Virus record (IMG/VR): IMGVR_UViG_3300021255_000032
Reading direction: 5' to 3' (one strand)
DNA from: a virus
Length of the DNA stretch: 51,814 nt
The translations under genes and the position numbers were made by a program. This document shows, in pieces, positions 32,710 to 41,442 of the stretch (within the stretch, counting starts at the first letter, position 1; every line of letters begins with the position of its first letter). The notes beneath the pieces were generated by a model. It was not told where the DNA came from, made no database searches, and worked only from the letters and a program-made list of their open reading frames with translations.

Positions 32710-33417
32710 ATGCAGGCGGTTTGGACAGTAAAGGCCGAAAGGGATTATGAGAAAAAGCACCCCGGCAAGAAAAACCTGCGCAAGGCAGGTACGGCGGTTA
32801 TGTTTGACGGTAAGCCCGTAGTTGTGTCCATGGCCGATAATGCCATCTTTAGAGGGTATAAAGAACGCGGGTGGGTGAAGGTTATTCACGAGAAGGGCGA
32901 TGGATCTATCCGGCGGGCTACGAGTCCTCGCCCTAACAATTGCCTGTCGGACGAAGCACGGGAAGAACGATGGCGGCAGCTACAAAATTATTTCGGCAGC
33001 GAGGAAAATTACAGCATGAAAGAGATTACAGATTTTATGGGGCTGACCTGCACCGATACGCTGAAACATTTTGTCGTTAAGTATGGCAAGGAAATGGCGG
33101 CCAGGTACGGAAAGTTGCCATACAAAAAAGGCTTGGGAGCTATCTACACAGCATTGATGGAAAAGCCGCCGAAAGAGCCGCCGAAACTGGACGCGAGGGT
33201 CGCGAAGCAGAATAAGCGGTGGAAGATTCTTTGCAAGGAGATACGGCAAAAGAAAGACCTGCAGCAGATTGTTAGAGATTTAGGGCTCGGGAGAACGGAT
33301 TCCCTGCGGGACTTTTTCAGTAAGCACGGGGAAAGGCTTTTTAATGAGCTTGGGGCGTTACCTTATTCCCCTGTATTGCCAAAGTATATGCGGAAATATA
33401 TGGAGGGCGCGGCATGA
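32710..33417 (+). CDS. Hypothetical protein with two internal about 37-aa repeats
   Basis: ITDFMGLTCTDTLKHFVVKYGKEMAARYGKLPY versus IVRDLGLGRTDSLRDFFSKHGERLFNELGALPY. Confidence 0.55.
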   Translation: MQAVWTVKAERDYEKKHPGKKNLRKAGTAVMFDGKPVVVSMADNAIFRGYKERGWVKVIHEKGDGSIRRATSPRPNNCLSDEAREERWRQLQNYFGSEENYSMKEITDFMGLTCTDTLKHFVVKYGKEMAARYGKLPYKKGLGAIYTALMEKPPKEPPKLDARVAKQNKRWKILCKEIRQKKDLQQIVRDLGLGRTDSLRDFFSKHGERLFNELGALPYSPVLPKYMRKYMEGAA

Positions 33418-33542
33418 CGGATTATTACATCGGGATTATTGTAGGCGGCCTTATTGGCTACGGCCTGTCTCTTTTGACCATGTTATTTGTTTGGAGCTTG
33501 TGCGTAGCTTCAGCGCAGGACGATAGGAGGAAAGACCATTGA
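33414..33542 (+). CDS. Small single-TM protein (42 aa, below the track cutoff)
   Basis: ATGA overlap with the upstream stop. Product MTDYYIGIIVGGLIGYGLSLLTMLFVWSLCVASAQDDRRKDH*. Confidence 0.35.
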   Translation: MTDYYIGIIVGGLIGYGLSLLTMLFVWSLCVASAQDDRRKDH

Positions 33543-33757
33543 GTGGAATTTGTACACCGATTAAAGAAACCATTTACCTCAAAGGGCAGAACAGCGAAAT
33601 TGCCATCAAACTTACCCCTGGCAGTGACTGGAACTTTTTCCCGGACGTTTATCATGCGGACAGATTGATGGTAGACGACAACAAAGGCATCGTGGCCAGT
33701 ATTACCGTCAGCAGGTTCTATGAGTATTTCGAGGTTAAGGAGCGTAGAGAGGCATGA
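33539..33757 (+). CDS. Hypothetical protein
   Basis: 72 aa, TTG start overlapping the upstream stop. Confidence 0.45.
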   Translation: MSGICTPIKETIYLKGQNSEIAIKLTPGSDWNFFPDVYHADRLMVDDNKGIVASITVSRFYEYFEVKERREA

Positions 33758-33972
33758 GCATTTGCAGGAACACCATGCAGGAAGTTGCTGCCCTTTATGA
33801 CAAACGTTTGGGAGAGGGCTTCAGGATTGAGTCGAACGTCCACAAAGTGACCGCCTTAGTGCGGTTCACTCAGGACGGGATTCAGTATTATGACAAGATG
33901 TGTGACAAGTGGTTCTTTACAGATGGATTTCTGAAAGAGCTGTTAAGCGGAAAGGCCGTGATTTTGGATTGA
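33754..33972 (+). CDS. Hypothetical protein
   Basis: 72 aa, ATGA overlap with the upstream gene. Confidence 0.5.
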   Translation: MSICRNTMQEVAALYDKRLGEGFRIESNVHKVTALVRFTQDGIQYYDKMCDKWFFTDGFLKELLSGKAVILD

Positions 33973-34288
33973 CGCAGACCAACGGAAAGACCCATAAGCA
34001 TACGAGAATTTCCCCGGAGTGGGGCGAAGAATACAGCTACTTTGAACGGCGGATACAGAAAAGAAAAGCCCATGAGCTTTCTGAACATCACCGCCACGAA
34101 GGAAGGCGGCTAAGACATTGAAGGCAGCACTTAGGAAACTGGCGTACAAGTTCAAGCGCATAGCATTCAGGGTACAGCCTCCAAAACAGGTAAAGAAGCG
34201 AAAGAGAAGGAAAAGAGAAGTAAAAGACAGAATGCGGGTGAGAGGTTACTTTAGAGAGTAAGGAAAGAGGCAGGGCGAAAGCCCTGCT

Positions 34289-34873
34289 ATGCTTTTGCAC
34301 TACTATCTGGAAAAGGAGTATAATAGTTCTCATGGAAATAACCTTACATCACCAGCAAAGGAGCGAGCGCAATTGAGAGAGTATAGCGATTTTATCGAAG
34401 CAACACGCGGATACTTAAAGCGATACAACCAATTCCAGGTTACTATCGCGAACCTTAATGACGACATTGAAGCAATGGAACACGCCATCGAATTAGAAAT
34501 TGCGGCTCCTATTTCTAAATACGGCGGGCAGCCGGGCGGGGGAGGTTCAGAATTGACACCTACCGAGCAGGGCGCGTCGAGGATTTCAAAGGCGCAGGAC
34601 TTCATCAGGAAGAACAAGGAGAGCATACGGAACATTGAGCGCATTTTGCGCAAGGTTGACCGTGCTATTGCGCAGTTGAAACCAGACGACCAATGGCTCA
34701 TAAGAGGGCATTTTATCGACCATCGAAGCTGGGGAGAGCTGAGTGCTGAAAAGTTTTTTACTGAGAAATGGGCGCGGGAACGTTCAAGGAAAGCCATCAA
34801 GAAAATGGCATTTATGATATTTGGCAATAGGGCATTGCCGGAACAACAAAATTTATTCATCTTCTACGAATGA
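34289..34873 (+). CDS. Late-gene transcriptional activator (ArpU/RinA / sigma-70 region-4-like)
   Basis: C-terminal HTH-like DQWLIRGHFIDHRSWGELSAEKFFTEKWARERSRKAIKKMAF. It is the last gene before the late operon. The track start ATG 34289 lies in the tail of a hairpin; TTG 34373 after AAAGGAG is a plausible alternative start. Confidence 0.55.
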   Translation: MLLHYYLEKEYNSSHGNNLTSPAKERAQLREYSDFIEATRGYLKRYNQFQVTIANLNDDIEAMEHAIELEIAAPISKYGGQPGGGGSELTPTEQGASRISKAQDFIRKNKESIRNIERILRKVDRAIAQLKPDDQWLIRGHFIDHRSWGELSAEKFFTEKWARERSRKAIKKMAFMIFGNRALPEQQNLFIFYE

Positions 34874-34875
34874 GA

Positions 34876-34900
34876 ACGGGGGCGGAAGCCCCTGTTTTTT
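34876..34900 (+). terminator. Rho-independent terminator
   Basis: ACGGGGGC-GGAA-GCCCCTGT followed by a T6 run. Confidence 0.7.
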
Positions 34901-34901
34901 A

Positions 34902-35039
34902 TTGTGGATAATGTGGGTAAAATTGTGGAAAACTAAAGCCTTGAAAAAGTGTGGCATTTTTGGTTTATTTTAACAGCAATTTTGTGGATAAAATCATGGT
35001 CATAATGGTGCGGTTTTTGCCGTTCAAACGTGCGATAAT
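34902..35039 (+). promoter_or_regulatory. Candidate late promoter region with iterated TGTGG boxes
   Basis: TTGTGGATAA at 34902-34911 and 34982-34991. TGTGG also at 34912, 34924 and 34950. Extended -10-like TGCGATAAT at 35031-35039, with no obvious -35. Confidence 0.4.
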
Positions 35040-35114
35040 GGTATCATCGAAAAATGAAGGACACGGGGCGCGGGTGAAACATTCGCGGCCTTTTCTATTG
35101 GAGGGCAGGCACTG

Positions 35115-36053
35115 ATGGAAAATAACTGGCCATACAAGCCGAATATAATTCAAATAGAAACCGTGCAGGGGTGCAATCGGCGTTGCACTTTTTGTGGAAC
35201 GATGGGCATGAAAAGAGAATTTCATTTTGCCGAAAGAAAAACCATTATTCACGCTTGCAAGTTGATAAAGAAAGCAAAACTGAATAGTCGGATTTTGTTG
35301 GCTTGCCACGGCGAGCCAACGCTACACCCTCATATAGTAGGTATTGTTAAGGATATACGAAGAATATTGCCAAATAACATGATTCACCTGTTTACGAACG
35401 GTACTATTATCGAGAAAAAGGAATTATTAGTACCGGCACTTTTTGAGGCCGGATTAAATGACCTTATTTTTGATGAATATAGCGACCATCGTGTAGGTGA
35501 GTTTGTTAGGAAGAGCCATGTATGCAATATGTTTGATATTGTAGAGCAAGGAGCAGGCGTACCGTTATTTGCAAGCAAGAAATTAAACGAGCAAAGGATT
35601 TGCATTGTCCCTCCGATTGACGGTGAAGGGAATACTATAAGCAGAAAAATAATAAACCATTGCGGGGCAGGAGGTAAAGGATTGGACAAGCCTAGTAGCA
35701 AAAAGTGCTCCGTTATTTTCAGAGATTTCATGGTGCGATGGGACGGGAATGTTGCAATTTGTTGCAATGATTTTCGCGGCGAATATTTTGTAACGAATAT
35801 CATGCAACACAATGACCTGAAAGACGTTTATTTCCACCCGCGACTCGAAAGCGCAAGAAAATATTTAATGCTAGGACAAAGAAAGGACATTCACCCTTGC
35901 GATATTTGCAATACTACGCCAATACGGGTAGGGCTTTTGCCAGATAGTGCGGGGAAACTTACACTCAAGAAGCCTAACGAAATTGATAGAACTATTGTCA
36001 GCAAGGTTTATAAGCCGTTGGCAAGCATTGAAAAGAGGGCGTGGGAAAAATGA
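35115..36053 (+). CDS. Radical SAM enzyme with a SPASM/twitch-like Cys-rich C-terminus
   Basis: CxxxCxxC: VQGCNRRCTFCG. C-terminal Cys cluster CSVIFRDFMVRWDGNVAICCNDF...HPCDICN. GGAGGG RBS. Confidence 0.85.
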   Translation: MENNWPYKPNIIQIETVQGCNRRCTFCGTMGMKREFHFAERKTIIHACKLIKKAKLNSRILLACHGEPTLHPHIVGIVKDIRRILPNNMIHLFTNGTIIEKKELLVPALFEAGLNDLIFDEYSDHRVGEFVRKSHVCNMFDIVEQGAGVPLFASKKLNEQRICIVPPIDGEGNTISRKIINHCGAGGKGLDKPSSKKCSVIFRDFMVRWDGNVAICCNDFRGEYFVTNIMQHNDLKDVYFHPRLESARKYLMLGQRKDIHPCDICNTTPIRVGLLPDSAGKLTLKKPNEIDRTIVSKVYKPLASIEKRAWEK

Positions 36054-36955
36054 GAGCCGCTATAATCGAATGTTTTCAGAATAGCGAAGGCGCAAAACAA
36101 GGTACTTCTATTTTGGCGCACATCAAAAACGGAAAAATCATTGCTCATTATTTAGGGATTCCCTATTTTATCAGCCCGGCAGATTTGGGATATGCAGCAG
36201 TACAAAAGTTTGACACTTTGATTTTTACTGCAAGCAGCAGATTTGCAGAGCACGAGCACATAAAGCGAATAATCGCGAATAACAAAGACGCGCGGTTTAT
36301 TTACATATCCAACGATTATAATACTACCCCTCATTCAGAATTGAATAAGTACGGGTTTGAAACGATTTGCGCCTATGAAACAGGTGAGCGCGATACTTAC
36401 TTTTTGAACCTTAATGCACTTATGGCAAAAAAGCCGCTGAAACAGATTCCAAAGAAGTATGATTGCCTTTATTGGGGAAGTTTCAGAGAGGGCAGGGAAA
36501 AGGATTTTAAGAGGTATTTGCATAGCGGCGTTTATTTGAGCACGATGAACAAGTCGCAAAAGTATTTTACGGCGGCAGGTTGTACGCCAAATTTTGTGCA
36601 GAAAATCGACTGGAATAAAAGCATTGCAAGCCTTTTCAGATATTCGCTTTATATCGAGGATGAAGAAACACACTCAAATTTTTGTAACCTTGCCAACAGA
36701 TGGTATGAGGCAGGGACTTACAATATGGTGACTTTCTTTGATAAAAAGTGCAGGCGCACGATTGAGCGGTCGGAGATTGCAAAAGTATACGACGACTTCT
36801 ACACCGTGGACAGCTACGAAACGCTGATGAAAAGAGTTTTGGAGTGCAACAAGGATTTCCAAAAACATCTTAAGCAGCAGCAGGAATGGCACAAGTTGGA
36901 TTTTGTTGCGAAAGAAAAGACCTTGGAACAGATAAGACAGATAGTTATGCGATAG
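36041..36955 (+). CDS. Hypothetical protein, possibly glycosyltransferase-like
   Basis: 304 aa. The YWGSFREGREKDFKRYL and LANRWYEAGTYNMVTFFD segments faintly resemble GT-B C-terminal motifs. This is a weak call. Confidence 0.5.
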   Translation: MGKMRAAIIECFQNSEGAKQGTSILAHIKNGKIIAHYLGIPYFISPADLGYAAVQKFDTLIFTASSRFAEHEHIKRIIANNKDARFIYISNDYNTTPHSELNKYGFETICAYETGERDTYFLNLNALMAKKPLKQIPKKYDCLYWGSFREGREKDFKRYLHSGVYLSTMNKSQKYFTAAGCTPNFVQKIDWNKSIASLFRYSLYIEDEETHSNFCNLANRWYEAGTYNMVTFFDKKCRRTIERSEIAKVYDDFYTVDSYETLMKRVLECNKDFQKHLKQQQEWHKLDFVAKEKTLEQIRQIVMR

Positions 36956-36976
36956 GATTTAGGAGGCAGGGCAGAA

Positions 36977-37627
36977 ATGGAAACAAAGAAATTTAGGCTG
37001 ATTGACATTAATCCGGCACCGTACAACCCGCGAAAGGATTTACAGCCGGGGGACGCACAATATGAGGCCATCAAAAACAGCATAGAACGGTTTGGATTTG
37101 TTGAACCGCTTATCGTCAATGTACGGGACGGCGGCAACGTTCTCGTAGGCGGTCACCAGCGGTACAAGATTTTACTGGCGCAGGGCGTACAGGAGGTTGA
37201 GGCCGTTGTGGTCGATCTATCGGAAAACGAAGAAAAAGCCCTTAATGTCGGCTTGAATAAAATCGAGGGCGAATGGGATTACGGGAAATTGAAAGACCTT
37301 GTCGCAGAGCTTGACCGGGACGACGTAACCTCCATTGGTTTCAGTAAAGAGGAAGTGGACAGCCTTCTGCAGGAATTAGAGCAGGAAAGCGGCGACGAAG
37401 ATGTAGCTGACGACCCCGGAGAGGTCCGAGACGGGACGGACGACGAAGAAGGGGACGACGACACCGGGGAGAGTGAAAACACCGCTGAGAGGCCGTTTGA
37501 GGTTTATTTGAGCTTTCCGACACAGGAAGCGGCTGAAAGTTGGCTGGAGGCGCACGGCATAGATAAGGCTTTTGACAGTTCAAGAAATGTCATTCTCGAC
37601 TTTACGAAGGAGGCGCAGGAAGCGTGA
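36977..37627 (+). CDS. ParB/Srx-like N-terminal-domain protein (copy 1)
   Basis: PYNPRKDL...VGGHQRY...NVGLNKIEGEWD, then an acidic linker and a small C-terminal domain. Confidence 0.8.
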   Translation: METKKFRLIDINPAPYNPRKDLQPGDAQYEAIKNSIERFGFVEPLIVNVRDGGNVLVGGHQRYKILLAQGVQEVEAVVVDLSENEEKALNVGLNKIEGEWDYGKLKDLVAELDRDDVTSIGFSKEEVDSLLQELEQESGDEDVADDPGEVRDGTDDEEGDDDTGESENTAERPFEVYLSFPTQEAAESWLEAHGIDKAFDSSRNVILDFTKEAQEA

Positions 37628-38226
37628 GACTGGAAGAAAAGAACATAAGCGAGCTGAACGCAGCGAAGTATAACCCGCGCGTCACCTTAGAGCCGGGGAT
37701 GGAGGAATTTGAAAAGCTCCGGCGCAGTATTGAGCATTTTGGAGATGTTGAACCCATCGTATGGAACGAGCGCACCGGGAACGTGGTAGGCGGCCATCAG
37801 CGGCTGCAGGTTATGAAGTTCTTAGGCCGCGATACGGCAAAGGTTTCAGTCGTGGATATGCCAGAGGAAGAAGAAAAGCTCCTTAACATTGCCTTGAACA
37901 AGGCCAAAGGCGAATGGGATAACGCAAAGCTGGAAAGCCTTCTGCGGGACATTGACACCGAAACTCTTGATTTTACAGGTTTTGGAGCTGATGAAGTAGC
38001 GATTTTACTTGCAAGCAACGACGGGATAGATGATTCCGACCTCGAAGAAGATACCCCAGACGACTGGCAGGACGGAATAGAGTTCTACGGCGCGTCTTTT
38101 GTTGTTACGCTGAGATTTGCAGGAATAAACGAGGCGCGGGAATGGATAGCCAAAGAAGGATTGGATTTGGCATTGCAGGAAAACAGTCACACAAGCGTAT
38201 ACCGTTTTGGGGAGGGCGAAGTATGA
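37624..38226 (+). CDS. ParB/Srx-like N-terminal-domain protein (copy 2, tandem paralog)
   Basis: KYNPRVTL...VGGHQRL...NIALNKAKGEWD. GTG start overlapping the upstream stop. Confidence 0.8.
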   Translation: MRLEEKNISELNAAKYNPRVTLEPGMEEFEKLRRSIEHFGDVEPIVWNERTGNVVGGHQRLQVMKFLGRDTAKVSVVDMPEEEEKLLNIALNKAKGEWDNAKLESLLRDIDTETLDFTGFGADEVAILLASNDGIDDSDLEEDTPDDWQDGIEFYGASFVVTLRFAGINEAREWIAKEGLDLALQENSHTSVYRFGEGEV

Positions 38227-39524
38227 GTGAGAATAAAAAGCCGGAATTAAAACAGAATTATCCTTCCCCGCGTTGGAGCATGGAAATTCCAGATTGCTCC
38301 ATGCCTATGACGTTCGACACTTATAGCAAGTGCGCATACAATTGCCTGTACTGTTTTGCTTTCTTCCAGAAAAGCCATACGCTGAAAGGCTATAACAGCA
38401 AAAAGAACGCGGGCAAGATTGAGATACGCAGCGTAGACCCTAAGAAGGTTATTGACCTGTTTGAGAAAGCCTTTGCCCACGACGAAAGCGCAAGCGCAGT
38501 ACAAAAGCAATTCTTCCCCTATATCCAGGCAAGGAAGATTATGCAGTGGGGCGGCCTTGCAGACGAATTTGACGAATGGGAACGGCGGTACGGCGTGACC
38601 TTGGAACTTCTCAAGTATTTCGACAAGATAGATTATCCCTTGTCTTTCAGCACCAAAGCGGCGTGGTGGACGCAGGACGAACGGTACATGAGCCTTTTCC
38701 GCAAGCACAAGCACAACTGGCACGTCAAGATTTCGATTATCACGGCTGACGACCACAAAGCAAAACAGATGGAGAAGGGCGTCCCCAGCTCCACGGCGCG
38801 GCTCAGAGCTATTCAGAATTTAGCTAAAGCCGGGATTCATGTCACTTTGAGATTGCGGCCTTTCATTATTGGCGTAAGCAACGACTGGAAGGAGCTTATC
38901 AGCAAAGCCGCTGCGGCTGGCGCGGATTCTGTGACTACGGAATTTTTCTGCATGGAGAGCAGGGCAGACAATGAGCTGAAAGCCCGGTATGCAGCTATGA
39001 GCAAAATTTGTGGATTTGACATTCACAAATTCTATATGAGCAACAGTAAGCAGAACGGGTACAAGCGGCTGAACCGCAGCATTAAAGCACCGATTATCCG
39101 TGAAATGCGGGATTTTGCGCATAAGCTCGGCTTGAGATTTCATGTCAGCGACGCTTTCTGCAGAGAGTGTAACGACGCTTGCAATTGTTGCGGCGTCCCC
39201 CCCGAATGGAACGTGAGCCAGACGGGGCAAATCGGACAGGCTATCATCATCGCCCGGACGAAGGGCGAAGTCAGATTTTCGGATATCAAGCCCCATATAT
39301 ACCAATTTTTCAACGGTTTCAGATGGGCAAGTGCGCAGGAGTACAACACCGGGAGTAACAAAGCCCGCGCCTTGAAATACGATATGACGATGGCAGAGTT
39401 TTTGCGGAACAACTGGAACAATGTCAACGGGGCGACTTCACCCGCAAAGGGTTACGGCGGCATTTTGAAGCCCTGCGGCGTTGATGAAAATGGAGATGTT
39501 ATATACAAGTACAATGGGAAATAA
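38223..39524 (+). CDS. Radical SAM enzyme (SplB / DNA-repair-photolyase-like style of cluster motif)
   Basis: CxxxCxxC: YSKCAYNCLYCFAF. 433 aa from ATG 38223, with an ATGA overlap with ParB copy 2. Confidence 0.85.
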   Translation: MSENKKPELKQNYPSPRWSMEIPDCSMPMTFDTYSKCAYNCLYCFAFFQKSHTLKGYNSKKNAGKIEIRSVDPKKVIDLFEKAFAHDESASAVQKQFFPYIQARKIMQWGGLADEFDEWERRYGVTLELLKYFDKIDYPLSFSTKAAWWTQDERYMSLFRKHKHNWHVKISIITADDHKAKQMEKGVPSSTARLRAIQNLAKAGIHVTLRLRPFIIGVSNDWKELISKAAAAGADSVTTEFFCMESRADNELKARYAAMSKICGFDIHKFYMSNSKQNGYKRLNRSIKAPIIREMRDFAHKLGLRFHVSDAFCRECNDACNCCGVPPEWNVSQTGQIGQAIIIARTKGEVRFSDIKPHIYQFFNGFRWASAQEYNTGSNKARALKYDMTMAEFLRNNWNNVNGATSPAKGYGGILKPCGVDENGDVIYKYNGK

Positions 39525-39551
39525 AGACCATGACAAGAGGGGGAAGGAGGA

Positions 39552-40055
39552 ATGAGGAAAGCCAAAATAGAGCCGTGGGAACGGCAGCCGGGAGAGTCGG
39601 AAAAGGCGTACGAGGCTTTTCTGATTTTCAAAAATCAAGGTCCAGGGCGAACGTTCAAAGAAGTTGCACAAAAGTTGCACAAAAGTTACACCCTGATACG
39701 GCGTTGGAAAGAGCAATTTGAATGGGAAAGCAGGGCGGCAGATTACGACCGCGAGAACGAACGGAAAGAGCAGATAGCCACCCAGCAAGCCCGTAAAAAG
39801 ATGATTGAACGCCATATCAAGATAGGCACATCTTTACAGGGCAAAGCCTTACAGGCGTTGGAGACTATTAAACCCGGCGAAATGAAGCCACAGGACATAG
39901 AGAGATTCTTGCAGTTCGGGACAAAGTTAGAGAGTGAGAACCGGGCAAAGCAGGAGGCAAAGCAAGCAGGGCAAGGCCAAAGCGCGGCGGCTATGCTTGC
40001 AGCAGTTTTAGAAAAGGCATGGGGGAGCGATACGGACGATGGCGGCGAACATTGA
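39552..40055 (+). CDS. terS: Terminase small subunit
   Basis: 167 aa with an N-terminal HTH-like WERQPGESEKAYEAFLIFKNQGPGRTFKEVAQKL. Overlaps the TerL start. Confidence 0.7.
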   Translation: MRKAKIEPWERQPGESEKAYEAFLIFKNQGPGRTFKEVAQKLHKSYTLIRRWKEQFEWESRAADYDRENERKEQIATQQARKKMIERHIKIGTSLQGKALQALETIKPGEMKPQDIERFLQFGTKLESENRAKQEAKQAGQGQSAAAMLAAVLEKAWGSDTDDGGEH

Positions 40056-41442
40056 AGAACTGGCGCAGCAGATGAAAAGATATATAACTGACCCGGCGGC
40101 GTTTGTTGTCAATGTTCTTGACGCTCACCCGGACAAGTGGCAGGAGGAAGCCTTGCAGGCTATTGGCACAAAGCCGCGTATTTCTGTACGCTCCGGCCAC
40201 GGCGTAGGCAAGACGGCTTTTGAAGCGTGGTGCGTCTCTTGGTTTCTGTTTACGCGGCCTTTTCCAAAGATTCCCTGCACAGCACCGACTCAACAGCAGC
40301 TTTTCGACATTCTATGGCCGGAAATTTCAAAGTGGCTTAAGCGGTCACCGTTGCTTGACGAACTTTTTGAGTGGCAAAAGACCAAAGTCGTGATGAAGGA
40401 AATGCCCGAAAGATGGTTTGCAACCGCGAGGACAGCGAGCAAGCCGGAAAATATGGCAGGTTTCCACGAAGAACATCTTTTATTCATTTGTGACGAGGCC
40501 AGCGGCATAGACGATAGTATCTATGAAACCATCGAAGGCGCGTTGACCACCACGGACGCGAAGCTGATTCTTTGCGGCAACCCCACGAAAAACAGCGGCA
40601 TTTTCAAGCGGTCGTTTTTCGAGGATAGGGAGCTGTACTGGACAAAGAAGGTTTCCTGCTTTGAAGCAGCACGGGTAGCAGACGAATATAGCCAACGACT
40701 CATAAAGCAGTACGGCATGGATTCCGATGTTGTCCGGGTGCGTGTTTTGGGGGAATTTCCGAAAGCAGAGCCGGACGGCCTTATACCGCTTGAACTGGTT
40801 GAGGCGGCTATGATGAGGGACGCAGATATGGAAGCAGACCCGGAAACAATGCTCGAAGTCGGCGCGGATATAGCGCGATTTGGCGACGACGAAACAATTA
40901 TCGTCCCCCGGATAGGCGGCAAGGTTCTTGGCCTTCACCACTTCACGAAGCAAGACCTCATGACTACCTGCGGCAAGGTGTTGAGCATTACCAAAGGAGC
41001 TATGAAGGATTACGCAAAGCCACACGCCACGATACGCGTTGATGATGATGGTGTTGGCGGCGGCGTTACAGACCGTTTGCGGGAGGTTATTCTCGAAGAT
41101 GGGCTGAACATTGATGTTATTGCTTGCCACAACGGCGGCAGGGCAAACGACAAGGAGCATTATGCAAATTGGGTAACAGAGCAGTGGTGCGGCCTTAAAG
41201 AGCGACTTGCGGACGGGGATATTTCCCTGCCACAGGACGATGAACTCGCGGCGCAGCTATCTACGCGCAAGTATTCCATCAACAGCCGTGACCAGATTAT
41301 TTTAGAGGACAAGAAAAGCTATAAGAAAAGGATTCACAGGTCGCCTGACCGGGCTGACGCCTTAGTGCTCGCTTTTGCGAACGGGGGCGAAACAGACCCC
41401 GGACTAGCGGCGTTATTGGGAGGGGCAAAGCTATATGGCTAA
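40039..41442 (+). CDS. terL: Terminase large subunit
   Basis: Walker A SGHGVGKT, Walker B LLFICDEASG, and a C-terminal nuclease region. Confidence 0.9.
   Translation: MAANIEELAQQMKRYITDPAAFVVNVLDAHPDKWQEEALQAIGTKPRISVRSGHGVGKTAFEAWCVSWFLFTRPFPKIPCTAPTQQQLFDILWPEISKWLKRSPLLDELFEWQKTKVVMKEMPERWFATARTASKPENMAGFHEEHLLFICDEASGIDDSIYETIEGALTTTDAKLILCGNPTKNSGIFKRSFFEDRELYWTKKVSCFEAARVADEYSQRLIKQYGMDSDVVRVRVLGEFPKAEPDGLIPLELVEAAMMRDADMEADPETMLEVGADIARFGDDETIIVPRIGGKVLGLHHFTKQDLMTTCGKVLSITKGAMKDYAKPHATIRVDDDGVGGGVTDRLREVILEDGLNIDVIACHNGGRANDKEHYANWVTEQWCGLKERLADGDISLPQDDELAAQLSTRKYSINSRDQIILEDKKSYKKRIHRSPDRADALVLAFANGGETDPGLAALLGGAKLYG

Noticed and set aside
33909-34121. 70-aa very basic ORF overlapping the end of the 33754 gene, and a 47-aa TTG ORF at 34118-34261
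   Set aside because: They have weak or absent RBSs, extreme Lys/Arg content and no motif. The evidence is not sufficient to call them genes.
34996-35115. 39-aa ORF (MVIMVRFLPFKRAIMVSSKNEGHGARVKHSRPFLLEGRH) ending in a TGATG overlap with the rSAM/SPASM gene, considered as a RiPP precursor peptide
   Set aside because: It has no RBS and no Cys or other typical rSAM-RiPP acceptor pattern. It overlaps the predicted late promoter -10, so it may not be transcribed as mRNA. It is not fully excluded; peptide mass spectrometry would settle it.
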